A stretch of 64,000 bases of DNA from Basidiobolus meristosporus CBS 931.73 (lineage: Eukaryota > Fungi > Basidiobolomycota), in the NCBI GenBank assembly GCA_002104905.1, contig MCFE01000005.1, forward strand, positions 62,001 through 126,000. The letters run 5' to 3'. The stretch's first letter is position 1. Each line of letters begins with the position of its first letter. The notes under the pieces are model-generated. The model worked only from the letters and a program-made list of their open reading frames with translations, had not been told where the DNA came from and searched no databases. The position numbers and the translations under genes were made by a program. Positions 1 through 11,512 of this stretch are shown piece by piece.

Positions 1-752
1 AATATCATAAGCCTTTCAAGCTGCCAAATAAATGTATTATATTTGATATCGTATTTCTTATACATTCTCGCTAAAAACAACCTGTAGTGTTATTAGTGTC
101 ATTTCAGCAAATACAGATCTTATGGACAATTTGTACGTATCAGACGCAAAAATTCGAAACGGAAAACCCCGTTTAGAGGATATCCGCATTTGGACACTGG
201 AGGCACTGAATATCAGGAATATTTGTCCATATTTTATCCTAATGAGCCAATTGGCACATTTACCTATAAAATAAGAAGCAAAATAGCATTGCAGATAATG
301 GCTTCCATTCCAGTTAAATAGGCTTTAGATGAGAGAGCATTGCACCCTAGTTTCATTGATACGAGCCATCTCTTTTGAGGCATGTACGTGCAGAGTATAT
401 TGATAAGGGAAGTGAGTGTCTGCCTCATACAACAGGAAGTTAAAAAGGAGAAATGCATCATGAAAAATTTGATTTGGCAATATACCGTCACTCTGAAGAT
501 CCCTTCCACTTCAATTGATCTTATCAATGATGCCAAAGCGTCAGATGTGTAATCCTGGAACTTTCATGCTTGGCGGATACATCAAGTCAGGGATTCTAGA
601 AGTATGATTCACTATTTGCCCAGAATCAATGCAAAGATGTTTACTTGGATCAAGCAAATGAAACGCCACGCACTCAGATCATAAGTTTGCATATACGGCT
701 AAGGGAGATATATTTTGGTTATCTGCTACTTTTTGCAGTTTCATATCCAGCA

Positions 753-2340
753 ATGGTTATTGATAACTTCTTTAGCGTCGACAACTTCATCAATGGCGAA
801 TACATTGCCCCATCTTCCGGGCAGTATATTGACAACTTCAACCCGAGCACCGGGAAGGTACAAATCATCTTACTCAATTTGCCGGGAGCTGAGGCTAACC
901 TTTATCTGCTTCTAAACTAGGTGTACTCTCAAGTTGCAAACTCTGGGGTCGAGGATGTGAACAATGCAGTCGAGGCAGCCTCGAAGGCACTTCCTCTTTG
1001 GTCTGCGACGTCTCGTGAGGAGCGGTCCAAAGTGCTCCTTAGGATAGCCGATCTATGGGAAGCTCGGGCTAAAGAGTTTGCACATGCCGAGTCGAAGGAT
1101 CAAGGAAAGCCCGCTACTCTGGCCATGGATGTTGATGTCCTAGGATCTGTTGCCATGTTTCGCTACTTTGGTACTCTAATACTGCACACCAAGGAAACAG
1201 TCAATGTGATGGATGGGGTCGGCATGAGCTACACTCAGAGAATGCCAGTTGGTGTTTGTGCATTAGTGAGCCCTTGGAATTTCCCAATCCATTTACTAGT
1301 TTGGAAGATCGCTCCATGCATTGCCGCTGGGTGCACAGCCGTTTGTAAGCCAAGTGAGTTCACCAGTGTTACCGCCAACAGTAAGTATCTCAAGGAACAA
1401 CCCACCATTCCCATTGTCTAACCGTGAGTGTCGTACAGTGCTGTGTGCAGTGATGAAAGAAGCAGGCCTACCCGATGGTGTTTGTAACATGGTGTTTGGT
1501 ACAGGAAGCCAAACTGGGTCGGTGTTGGTTGAGCATCCACAGGTGGCTGCTATATCATTCACTGGGGGATGCGAGACCGGCAGCAAGATCAATGAGGCTG
1601 GCAGCAGAGGGCTCAAGAAGGTCGCGTTGGAGCTGGGTGGAAAGAATGCGAACATTGTTTTCGAAGATGTTGACTTGCCAACCTGTATTCCAGTCTCAGT
1701 CAAGTCAGCGTTCCTCAACCAGGGGGAGATATGCCTCTGCAACTCCCGCATGTTTGTTCACCGCTCTGTGTATGACGAATTCCTGGAGCTTTTCGTTGCC
1801 GAGACCAAGAAGTTGGTGGTTGGAGATCCTAGCAACAAGAGCACCTTCATGGGCCCCGTTGTGAATCGCAGCCAGTACGAAAAGATCCTAGGCTACATCG
1901 AGCTTGCCAAACAGGAGGGTGGCAAGATCGAGTGTGGTGGCGTCGAGAAGCCATCAGGTGTCCTGGGCACTGAGCTCGAAGGGGGGTACTTCATCCAGCC
2001 AACCGTGATCACCGGATTGAGTCCCAACTCCAGGGTCATGCAAGAGGAGATCTTTGGGCCGGTTGTGGCCATCTGCCCATTTGATGACGAGGACGAGGTT
2101 ATTGCGCTAGCCAATGGTACCAAATATGGTCTCAGTGCCTCGGTCTGGTCGCGATGTGGTCAAAGAGCCCGCAGGGTGGCGGAGAAGCTGCGCACTGGCA
2201 ATGTGTGGATCAATACCTGGATGGTGCGCGACATGTCGATGCCAATTGGGGGAGTGAAAGCATCTGGACTTGGCCGTGAAGGGGGTGAGTATGCACTTAA
2301 TTTCTTCTCTGAATACAAGTCAATCATGTTTCCAAATTGA
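753..2340 (+). CDS. ALDH8A1: Aldehyde dehydrogenase, ALDH8A1 / 2-aminomuconate semialdehyde dehydrogenase-like, copy 1 (exons 753-857, 921-1380, 1439-2340)
   Basis: Spliced product MVIDNFFSVDNFINGEY...SPWNFP...KPSE...LELGGKNA (catalytic Glu)...FLNQGEICLC (catalytic Cys)...EEIFGPV. GT-AG introns 858-920 and 1381-1438 restore one frame. NQGEICLC is typical of ALDH8-type enzymes. Confidence 0.85.
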
Positions 2341-3066
2341 ATGTACAAATACTATATATCATCTTACATTCATTACTAAAAATCAGTAGTATAATTACTG
2401 CTATAATGGTTTGCCGACTATTAGTATTGAAGTTAGGAACCTCATTCAGATATATCTGTATCTAGATATTGGAGGCGCCAAATATACAAGGAATATTTGC
2501 CCCGTGTTTGATTCCTCCATAGTGCATGATAATGATTAGGAATGGAACGTAGAGTTGATGTAGGTGCTGTCTGTAATCTCAATATAGTGAATAGGTGAGT
2601 CTAAGTCTTCAAGAAAAAAGTAGATATTATCAATAAGGCAAGTGTGCAACGTATTTTAGGTATGTCTGAACACCATACGTTGTTATGTGATCCTTGTTTC
2701 ATGCAAAATGGAAGAAAAAACAAAAAGTGCAGCAAAATTTTACTTGACCATTTGCTAATGCTCCTTTCAATATATTTATCATTTCAATTGATATTGCCAG
2801 CTATGGAAGTGTGATTATCAAGAAATCCTGTAACAGATGTGCTTGATTGTAAACAAGCAAGTCGGTCTGTACATTACTAAATTGGTTACATATTAGATTC
2901 TGCAGCTATGATACGCCACTTGTTTAGTGTAGATGAAGAGGTACTTACTTTGAGTGCGAGAAAATGAAGCTTCACGGTTTCAGGTCCTTGAAGGTTATGC
3001 TTTATTGCTTATAAGCCCTACATGATAATTTCTCATCTACCACGCACTGTCATTCTAGGTCCAATT

Positions 3067-4654
3067 ATGGCCATTGAAAACTTCTTTAGCATCAACAACT
3101 TCATCAATGGCAAATACATTTCCCCAGTTTCCGGGCAGTATATTGACAACTTCAACCCGAGCACCGGGAAGGTACAAATCATCTTACTCAATTTACCGGG
3201 AGCTGAGGCTAACCTTTATCTGCTTCTAAACTAGGTGTACTCTCAAGTTGCAAACTCTGGGGTCGAGGATGTGAACAATGCAGTCGAGGCAGCCTCGAAG
3301 GCACTTCCTCTTTGGTCTGCGACGTCTCGTGAGGAGCGGTCCAAAGTGCTCCTTAGGATAGCCGATCTATGGGAAGCTCGGGCTAAAGAGTTTGCACATG
3401 CCGAGTCGAAGGATCAAGGAAAGCCCGCTACTCTGGCCATGGATGTTGATGTCCTAGGATCTGTTGCCATGTTTCGCTACTTTGGTACTCTAATACTGCA
3501 CACCAAGGAAACAGTCAATGTGATGGATGGGGTCGGCATGAGCTACACTCAGAGAATGCCAGTTGGTGTTTGTGCATTAGTGAGCCCTTGGAATTTCCCA
3601 ATCCATTTACTAGTTTGGAAGATCGCTCCATGCATTGCCGCTGGGTGCACAGCCGTTTGTAAGCCAAGTGAGTTCACCAGTGTTACCGCCAACAGTAAGT
3701 ATCTCAAGGAACAACCCACCATTCCCATTGTCTAACCGTGAGTGTCGTACAGTGCTGTGTGCAGTGATGAAAGAAGCAGGCCTACCCGATGGTGTTTGTA
3801 ACATGGTGTTTGGTACAGGAAGCCAAACTGGGTCGGTGTTGGTTGAGCATCCACAGGTGGCTGCTATATCATTCACTGGGGGATGCGAGACCGGCAGCAA
3901 GATCAATGAGGCTGGCAGCAGAGGGCTCAAGAAGGTCGCGTTGGAGCTGGGTGGAAAGAATGCGAACATTGTTTTCGAAGATGTTGACTTGCCAACCTGT
4001 ATCCCAGTCTCAGTCAAGTCAGCGTTCCTCAACCAGGGGGAGATATGCCTCTGCAACTCCCGCATGTTTATTCACCGCTCTGTGTATGACGAATTCCTGG
4101 AGCTTTTCGTTGCCGAGACCAAGAAGTTGGTGGTTGGAGATCCTAGCAACAAGAGCACCTTCATGGGCCCCGTTGTGAATCGCAGCCAGTACGAAAAGAT
4201 CCTAGGCTACATCGAACTTGCCAAACAGGAGGGTGGCAAGATCGAGTGTGGTGGCGTCGAGAAGCCACCAGGTGTCCTGGGCACTGAGCTCGAAGGGGGG
4301 TACTTCATCCAGCCAACCGTGATCACTGGATTGAGTCCCAACTCCAGGGTCATGCAAGAGGAGATCTTTGGGCCGGTTGTGGCCATCTGCCCATTTGATG
4401 ACGAGGACGAGGTTATTGCGCTAGCCAATGGTACCAAATATGGTCTCAGTGCCTCGGTCTGGTCACGATGTGGTCAAAGAGCCCGCAGGGTGGCGGAGAA
4501 GCTGCGCACTGGCAATGTGTGGATCAATACCTGGATGGTGCGCGACATGTCGATGCCAATTGGGGGAGTGAAAGCATCTGGACTTGGCCGTGAAGGGGGT
4601 GAGTATGCACTTAATTTCTTCACTGACTACAAATCCATCATGATGAAGAACTAG
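3067..4654 (+). CDS. ALDH8A1: Aldehyde dehydrogenase, ALDH8A1-like, copy 2 (exons 3067-3171, 3235-3694, 3753-4654)
   Basis: Direct repeat of copy 1 at offset 2314 bp with the same introns and catalytic motifs. N-terminus MAIENFFSINNF and C-terminus TDYKSIMMKN differ from copy 1. Confidence 0.85.
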
Positions 4655-4826
4655 GTATATTAGTGAATTATTGTGCACTTCATGACGATTAATCAGCTAA
4701 CTCAATTATTTTATTTAACCTTTACCCAAAGTGTCTATCATTTGTGTGGCTCTTCATTAATAAATATTTATTGAAGGTTACGACAGGTACTAAATCAACG
4801 ATTTCATTGTATTTCGTGCTCACTGT

Positions 4827-5407
4827 TGTGCCACGCAAGTCAGCAATCTCCACTGTCTTTTCTATCATCATTGATGATTCACTCTTCCTGTGGCCGATCT
4901 CTCTTTCTGCTCTCCTAGACAATGGAACTGGCATTGCTAGGCTATTGTTTGGTGAATCAGTCTGAGGATTGGTTCCACATTCATGAGGCTACTTGGACTA
5001 TGTAGAGCACACCGCTTGGCCTGTCTAACCTAGATCCGATTTAGGGAAACTACGCTAGAATGCGTCCAACATGATGTGTAAATCCAGTCACACAGACGTC
5101 ACCAGCTCAATCTGCCTCTCCACTCAGTTCCCCCAGCTGCCAGTGAGAGACGAGGAAAGGTGTCCAGTTACTGAACCAGATACAGACACAGGGCACAGGG
5201 CACAGAGGTGTGTGGCATGTAGCATGTGGTAAGTGTGATGAAACATGTTGAATCATCCTCGAAACCCGCGAAACCTGCGAAATCCGCGAAATCCACGAAA
5301 TCCTCCATCCATATCAGGCGAGGGTTCGAGCCAATTCTGCGATTCTTGCATGTCAGCGACTTTTAAGGATCATTAATGACCTTCGACTGAGGACAAAAGC
5401 ACATGAT
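4827..5407. repeat. Left arm of a long inverted repeat (pairs with 6752-7339)
   Basis: 4827-5224 is the reverse complement of ~6942-7339 with 2 mismatches read by eye. The inner ~180 bp has more substitutions plus a 9-bp and a 2-bp indel. Outer termini are TGTG...CACA. Confidence 0.95.
5253..5351 (-). CDS. Candidate small ORF, 32 aa: MQESQNWLEPSPDMDGGFRGFRGFRRFRGFRG
   Basis: ATG...TGA read by hand on the minus strand, built on a 9-bp GGATTTCGC-like repeat. Frame is shared with the paralogous ORF in the right arm. Expression unproven. Confidence 0.4.
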   Translation of the reverse strand: MQESQNWLEPSPDMDGGFRGFRGFRRFRGFRG

Positions 5408-5865
5408 ACGCCAAATGTGGTTTTTGATAAATTAGGCCACGCATTGCCAAGTGTATTATTGTTTATTTATGATCCTTACACAAATTGTATACAATGGTCT
5501 TGGGCATCAGGTTTGGTATGTATCTCAAATTATTGTTTGATTTATAAATATCTTTAAACGTCTTGCATTTGTTGTGAAAATAAAGTACTGGTGCTTAGGT
5601 TACGAACCATACCAATCGGCGGGGACAAAATTATAAAAATACATGTAGGAAGTGATTCTCAACCGGTGAGAACCACTGTTTTCTATGTTTGTTGAAAGTC
5701 GAAAGGGAAAATTGGTCAACGGCGGTTAACAACAATAATCAATGAGGTTAGGAATTAAACGAATCTCATCAAATCGTATAGATTATTAGGGTTTAGGCTG
5801 GTTTAAGATATCGACAAGGACAGAGTTGATTACGAAGTGGGAGGCGAATCATAGTATTGGCCTTG

Positions 5866-6252
5866 TTACTTGAGGGTAAACACCAGCTCGTCGTAACTCT
5901 CCATTTGTATCGTTGCCATTTCTTTTGGACCACTAGACGGTTTTAAAAACTGACAGACTCTTAGGACCAGTTCTGTTAATTCTTCAGCCCTTGTGGGAGA
6001 CGCTACAGCATCTTTTGGTTCGTTAAAGAGTATAGCTTTCTCGTTGAATTCGTCAAAATAACTAGCGGGTGATACTTGATTGGAAATCTCCTGGAATCCT
6101 CGTAGTATATTACTCAGTGATTTTGAACGCGAATTATTGATGGTAGCGAGCACTGTAGTATTCGATATGTCTCTTGAGAAGGCAGATTTAATGGTGTCTC
6201 CGCGAAGTAGAGAATTTCTGGTATCAATAGTTAAGCGTGGCTTTGGTGGCAT
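5866..6252 (-). CDS. Hypothetical protein (128-codon ORF, possibly the first exon of a longer gene) in the inverted-repeat spacer
   Basis: ATG-initiated ORF MPPKPRLTIDT... with protein-like composition. It ends at a possible GTAACA donor overlapping the stop. No family recognised. Confidence 0.45.
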   Translation of the reverse strand: MPPKPRLTIDTRNSLLRGDTIKSAFSRDISNTTVLATINNSRSKSLSNILRGFQEISNQVSPASYFDEFNEKAILFNEPKDAVASPTRAEELTELVLRVCQFLKPSSGPKEMATIQMESYDELVFTLK

Positions 6253-6751
6253 GATATCCTGTGCACGTACACGTATGACTTGAAATCTTGTGGCAGAGTG
6301 AAATGAAATACAGTCATCAGAAGGAGCAGACAGCCCACTTTATAGATTTGAATGGTCCTTGATCTGGGGATCCTTTCAACTATGATCCCAATGTTTCTCA
6401 AAGATGGTTCAAAGCAAGTCATCGGAATTTTCCTTTCAAAACCACGTCCGGAGCTCAAATAGGGTAGTTTCCAGAGTCCTATTAACTGGTTATCTAAAAT
6501 AATGATTATAGTTAGCTTTTGGTTTAATTTATTTGGAGTATATGATACTCTGTTCTGCATATTTCAGCGCTGAATTACAGCCCCTTTCCCCTGACTTGGG
6601 CTCACTTGATGCAGTGGGATCTGGTGTCTGAATTCCAGGTGATACACAGGTGGTTTTGGCCAAAGTAAAATCAGTTAGCCTGGTGGTTTAAAGGAATACT
6701 TGATGAGATAATTAGATTCCTGACATGGCCCATTCTTGGATGTAATCAGCC

Positions 6752-7339
6752 ATCATATGCTATTGACCTCAGCCGAAGGTCATTAATGATCCTTAAAAGT
6801 CACTGACATGCAAGAATCGCGGGATTGGCCCGAACCCTCGCCTGATAGGGATGGAGGATTTGGCGGGTGTGGAGGATTTCGTGGGTTTCGCGGATTTCGC
6901 GAGTTTCGAGGATGATTCAACGTTTCATCACACTTGCCATTTGCTACATGCCACACACCTCTGTGCCCTGTGCCCTGTGTCTGTATCTGGTTCAGTAACT
7001 GGACACCTTTCCTCGTCTCTCACTGGCAGCTGGGGGAACTGAGTGGAGAGGCAGATTGAGCTGGTGACGTCTGTGTGACTGGATTTACACATCATGTTGG
7101 ACGCATTCTAGCGTAGTTTCCCTAAATCGGATCTAGGTTAGACAGGCCAAGCGGTGTGCTCTACATAGTCCAAGTAGCCTCATGAATGTGGAACCAATCC
7201 TCAGACTGATTCACCAAACAATAGCCTAGCAGTGGCAGTTCCATTGTCTAGGAGAGCAGAAAGAGAGATCGGCCACAGGAAGAGTGAATCATCAATGATG
7301 ATAGAAAAGACAGTGGAGATTGCTGACTTGCGTGGCACA
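6752..7339. repeat. Right arm of the long inverted repeat (pairs with 4827-5407); spacer ~1.34 kb
   Basis: Direct alignment of the reverse complement, e.g. cgtggcaca at 7331-7339 vs tgtgccacg at 4827-4835, and gaaggtcattaatgatccttaaaag vs cttttaaggatcattaatgaccttc. Confidence 0.95.
6808..6915 (+). CDS. Candidate small ORF, 35 aa: MQESRDWPEPSPDRDGGFGGCGGFRGFRGFREFRG
   Basis: Start, stop and frame are shared with 5253-5351(-). The indel inside the ORF is 9 bp (in frame); the 2-bp indel lies just after the stop. In-frame stops (TAA TGA) lie just upstream of the ATG. Confidence 0.4.
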   Translation: MQESRDWPEPSPDRDGGFGGCGGFRGFRGFREFRG

Positions 7340-7910
7340 GTAGTATGATCAACAATGGATCTTACTGAGCCTGGTTGCAGTTGGATTTGGAATACTTAGT
7401 GTCTGTTAACTAAATATAAAGTCGCCAATAATAGCAGAGATATGATTTCAATATCATTACTTCGGGAATAAATGGAGCATGATTATCAACATAACTTGAA
7501 ATACTGAGATTCACAATGATTTTGGCTGGTGTTGGTGATAAATTGAGCAATATAGGTGACAGGTACTGAACGAAGTCTATATTTGCCATAATTAATTTAC
7601 CATTTGCTACATCTATTACCATCACAGGTGATTGATGTGACAAGTGTACGCCTTTTCTTTAATAATTCTATATTTATGCAATAATACCAATTTATCGATC
7701 CGCCCCAGCATATTCGACAGTTCGGAACTTTGATCTACTTGAATTTTTTGACGCCGTAATGATTTTAATCATGGTTTTGTATTATACCTCTCATAAAGCC
7801 ATGAATTATTTTCCAAACCTAAATAATAAGTCGACTTCTTTCTTCCTTAACTTTCATTCTCCGAAAGACTTTACTGTACTGTCTGGCATTATCTTTCATT
7901 AGAGGATAGG

Positions 7911-10484
7911 ATGAAGTTCTCTCACTCACTACAGTTTAATTCCGTGCCGGACTGGCAGGATTATTATATAGCGTAAGGAACTCCGCAAAGTTTTATTTTC
8001 ATAAAGATTCCGGATTCTAACCGAGTTTACTCTCATATGAAGCTACTCTAACCTAAAGAAAATCATTTACCAGCTGGAAAAAATTGCCACACAGAATACT
8101 GACCAAGACTTGGAATCACGGAGCTTGATAAACGACAGTAGAAGAGCAATCAATACTTTCACTCCCGCCTTGGATAAGGAACTTTCCAAGATCGTTACCT
8201 TCTATACAAAAACCGAAGCGGAACTTCTAGATGAACTAAATTATCTTATTTCCAATGTGGAAGAATGCGAACGTAGCCTATTTCCGGAATCCTCGAATAA
8301 TTTGTTGAGACCATCCCGTCTCTCTTTAGCACCAACAGACGCTAATAGGGTTAGCGTCATAAAGGAACAGACATCAAAACAGCGACAATCTGTGATGTCA
8401 TTGGCCTGGGAGGACGGTGCCTCCAGCTCGGCTGAAGCATCACCCAAGTCAGAGGAAGCTCGTATCCCCACTTTTAAGGTTTGGACTGATACGCAACCTG
8501 AGCAAGTCCAAAAGTTCCGCACTCGTATTGTTGACCTATTCGTACAATTCTCTGAGCTCAAAAGTTATATCGACCTTAATATGACCGGATTTCGGAAAAT
8601 TCTAAAGAAATTCGACAAGATCACAAGTAACGATCTGAAGGACTCTTACATTACTACGGTTGTCAAAAAGTCCTACCCATTCAACAGCATTACAAAAAAG
8701 AAACTCCACCATGCTATACAGCAGTTGCAAGCAATGTATGCGGCTATTTGCTGTAACGGCGATATGAACGCTGCAGAAATAGAGCTGAGGTCGCACTTAC
8801 GAGAGCACATTGTGTGGGAAAGAAATACTGTTTGGAGAGATATGATGAGTATGGAGAGAAAGGTGACGGCTGCTGGAGTACGCCAGGAAGCGGCTCAGGA
8901 AGTGATCGCTGGTAGAAAGAGAAGAGGCTCTGTATTAGGCGTTTCTGTTCCTACACCAACCACTTCTATTAATTTATGGGCCATCTTGGCCTGTCTGATT
9001 GTGTTCATCACTTTACTAAGTATCAACATCTTTGATGCACCCGAAAAGCAAAACTGCTTTGCGATGTTGATTTTTGTTTCCTTGCTGTGGGCGACGGAGG
9101 TATATTTTCATTGTATATGGTTCAATCTTCTAACCTTCTAACATTTGAGCTACGTCAGGTTATCCCGCTCTTTGTTACCGCCCTCCTTGTTCCGTTGCTT
9201 GTGGTCTTCCTCAGGGTATTAAGATCAGATGACGGACTCTTCACTCGTTTGACTGCGCAACAAGCCACACATCGAATCTTTGCCTCAATGTTCTCACCAG
9301 TGATCATGCTGCTATTAGGTGGCTTCGCCATTGCTGCAGCGCTTAGCAAGTATAATATTGCCAAGGTTTTAGCCACTTGGGTACTTTCCAAAGCCGGAAC
9401 CAAACCTAGCATGGTACTACTAGCTAACATGATAGTAGCTACAGTGGCTAGTATGTGGATCAGCAACGTTGCCGCACCTGTACTCTGCTTTTCTTTAATC
9501 CAGCCTATCTTGAGAACACTTCCTGCCAACAGCCCGTTCGCCAGCTGCTTGATCATGGGAATTGCCTTGGCATCGAATATTGGTGGCATGGCTTCCCCCA
9601 TCAGTTCGCCACAAAACATCATTGCCATTGATAACATGGACCCTCATCCTTCATGGGCAGAATGGTTTTTCATTACTATCCCGATTTGTTTGTTCAGTGA
9701 TCTGATAGTATGGGGACTGTTGTTATGGAACTACAAACCTCCAGCCAACACTTCAATCAACTATATCAGAGCTAACCGCGAGCCTTTTTCACGCACCCAA
9801 ATCTTCATTGTTGCTGTCACGATATTAACCATCATTCTATGGTGTGTCGAATCTCAGCTAGCCAGCGTTGTTGGCGACATGGGCATCATCGCCATCATTC
9901 CCTTGGTCGTATTTTTCGGCACTGGTCTGTTGACCAAAGAAGATTTCAATAATTTCCTGTGGACAGTGATTATTTTAGCCATGGGCGGGATTGCTCTTGG
10001 CAAGGCTGTGGAATCATCTGGTCTCTTACATACAATTGCCGAACAAATTCGTCTAGTAGTGGATGGCCTCTCTCCATGGAAAATATTGATGACTTTCTGC
10101 TGCTTGGTTCTTGTTATTGCTACCTTCATCTCCCACACAGTTGGTGCCCTGATTATATTGCCAATTGTTGCCGAAGTTGGAAACTCTTTGCCAGACCCTC
10201 GCCCCCGTTTGCTAGTAATGGTATAGTAGTTCTTATCTAACCTTGCTATACTTTCCCTTTTAATAACCTTTCGCCTACAGGGCGCTGCATTGATGTGCTC
10301 GGGCGCTATGGGCTTGCCAGTATCCGGATTCCCCAATATGAATGCGATTATGCTAGAAACCGAAACTGGGGTCCGTTATCTTAACACCAAGGACTTTTTG
10401 AAGAATGGAGTCCCCAGCTCAGTCTTGGTAATGCTGATCGTTGTGACCTTAGGATATGGATTGATGCTTATCCTAGGTTATTAA
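7911..10484 (+). CDS. SPX-domain low-affinity phosphate transporter, Pho87/Pho90/Pho91 family (exons 7911-7972, 8043-9099, 9159-10220, 10281-10484)
   Basis: N-terminus MKFSHSLQFNSVPDWQDYYIAYSNLKK (SPX), LNMTGFRKILKKFDK, then a multi-TM CitMHS/DASS region with WISNVAAP, ISSPQN, ISHTV and SGFPNM motifs. GT-AG introns join the frames. Paralogue cannot be distinguished. Confidence 0.92.
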
Positions 10485-11512
10485 TCATCATCCAACGTAT
10501 TCATCAATGCTCGATAGGGCAAAATTCATCAATATCATTTTGGGATAGTTTGTACTTAATACAAAGCGACTTATTTATCATTAAAAATTTGATCCATGTC
10601 TATTACGCAAGTTCATAAACTACCATTGACCATAAGAACACCTCGGCCATATATTAGTAGACACTAATGTTGAACAAACATCGCCAGACAGCTGCTGAAA
10701 ATTACCGTAAATTGTTCGTTATTCCTGGTCCAGAATCCAACACTACAAGAAGCACATGCAACATCAAATATGAAATTGCAACATTCGCTGAGAGCTTCAA
10801 ACACTCGTCAAAACGCTTGGAATCCGCGTAATACAGCTGTTCTCGATAAATCACAGGTACACATTCTCCGCTGCTCAGTGGTAAATGTTCCACAAACACT
10901 GTCAGAAGCTCTTATGAAACCATGCCACAGAACGCCTCCACCTATAATCAACATTGCATACACTTCTGTGTTCCACATTGTCATGAATATCAAGAAAAAA
11001 GGAACTACTTGTGATTAAAATTCAATTTGTACGTCTGCAAATCTAGCCTTACTGCAGAATGGAGCTAGCCAGCATGTGTAGCTTAGATCGTTAGTTAAGG
11101 ATAGATTTGATGCAGCTTTGGGGAATTACGGAGAAATTACTTGAAAATGCAGGTTTATGTGGGAGTAGGGCTCTAATACAATGAAAAGTCAGTAGTCACT
11201 GCACTTGATATAGTATTTGATGATTTCTACCCAAAATATAATTTAATGAGATACCACACCATGAAAATTAACAAACACATGGAATTGAAAAAGCAAGTAT
11301 GGGTGATGACTTGAACGGGTATATACATACTCCATGTGAAAGTAGAAGCGAAATGAAAATAGCAAAACGAGGTGAGTGTTAAGTAGCCTGACCATGTTAC
11401 GTCGGGTTCGGATGATTCTAACGGTGGTGGCTGGTGGTTTGGGAACAAGAAAAAGTACAGTTTGTAAATGATATGAATGAGATAGTAAATAGATAGGTAA
11501 AGCGTTGTCATG

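Noticed and set aside
5220-5332. GGTTCGAGCC (Pol III B-box / tRNA T-loop-like) in the left arm
   Set aside because: No cloverleaf, only a poor A-box ~95 bp away, located at the wrong end for a SINE head, and mutated to GGTTCGGGCC in the other arm.
5386-5432. CTGAGGA followed by a stem-loop, as a possible hammerhead ribozyme
   Set aside because: The required GAAA after stem II is absent (ATAAA) and stems I and III cannot be formed.
5785-5797. TTAGGGTTTAGG telomere-like motif
   Set aside because: Only about two imperfect units; expected by chance.
6851-7042. ORF-track 63-aa ORF MEDLAGVEDF...
   Set aside because: The paralogous arm has a 2-bp indel that breaks this frame; the GFR frame is the one conserved.
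10700-11000. Possible Tc1/mariner remnant (GGGVLWHGF, VVLD)
   Set aside because: Motif similarity is too weak, the frames are inconsistent and no TIRs were seen.
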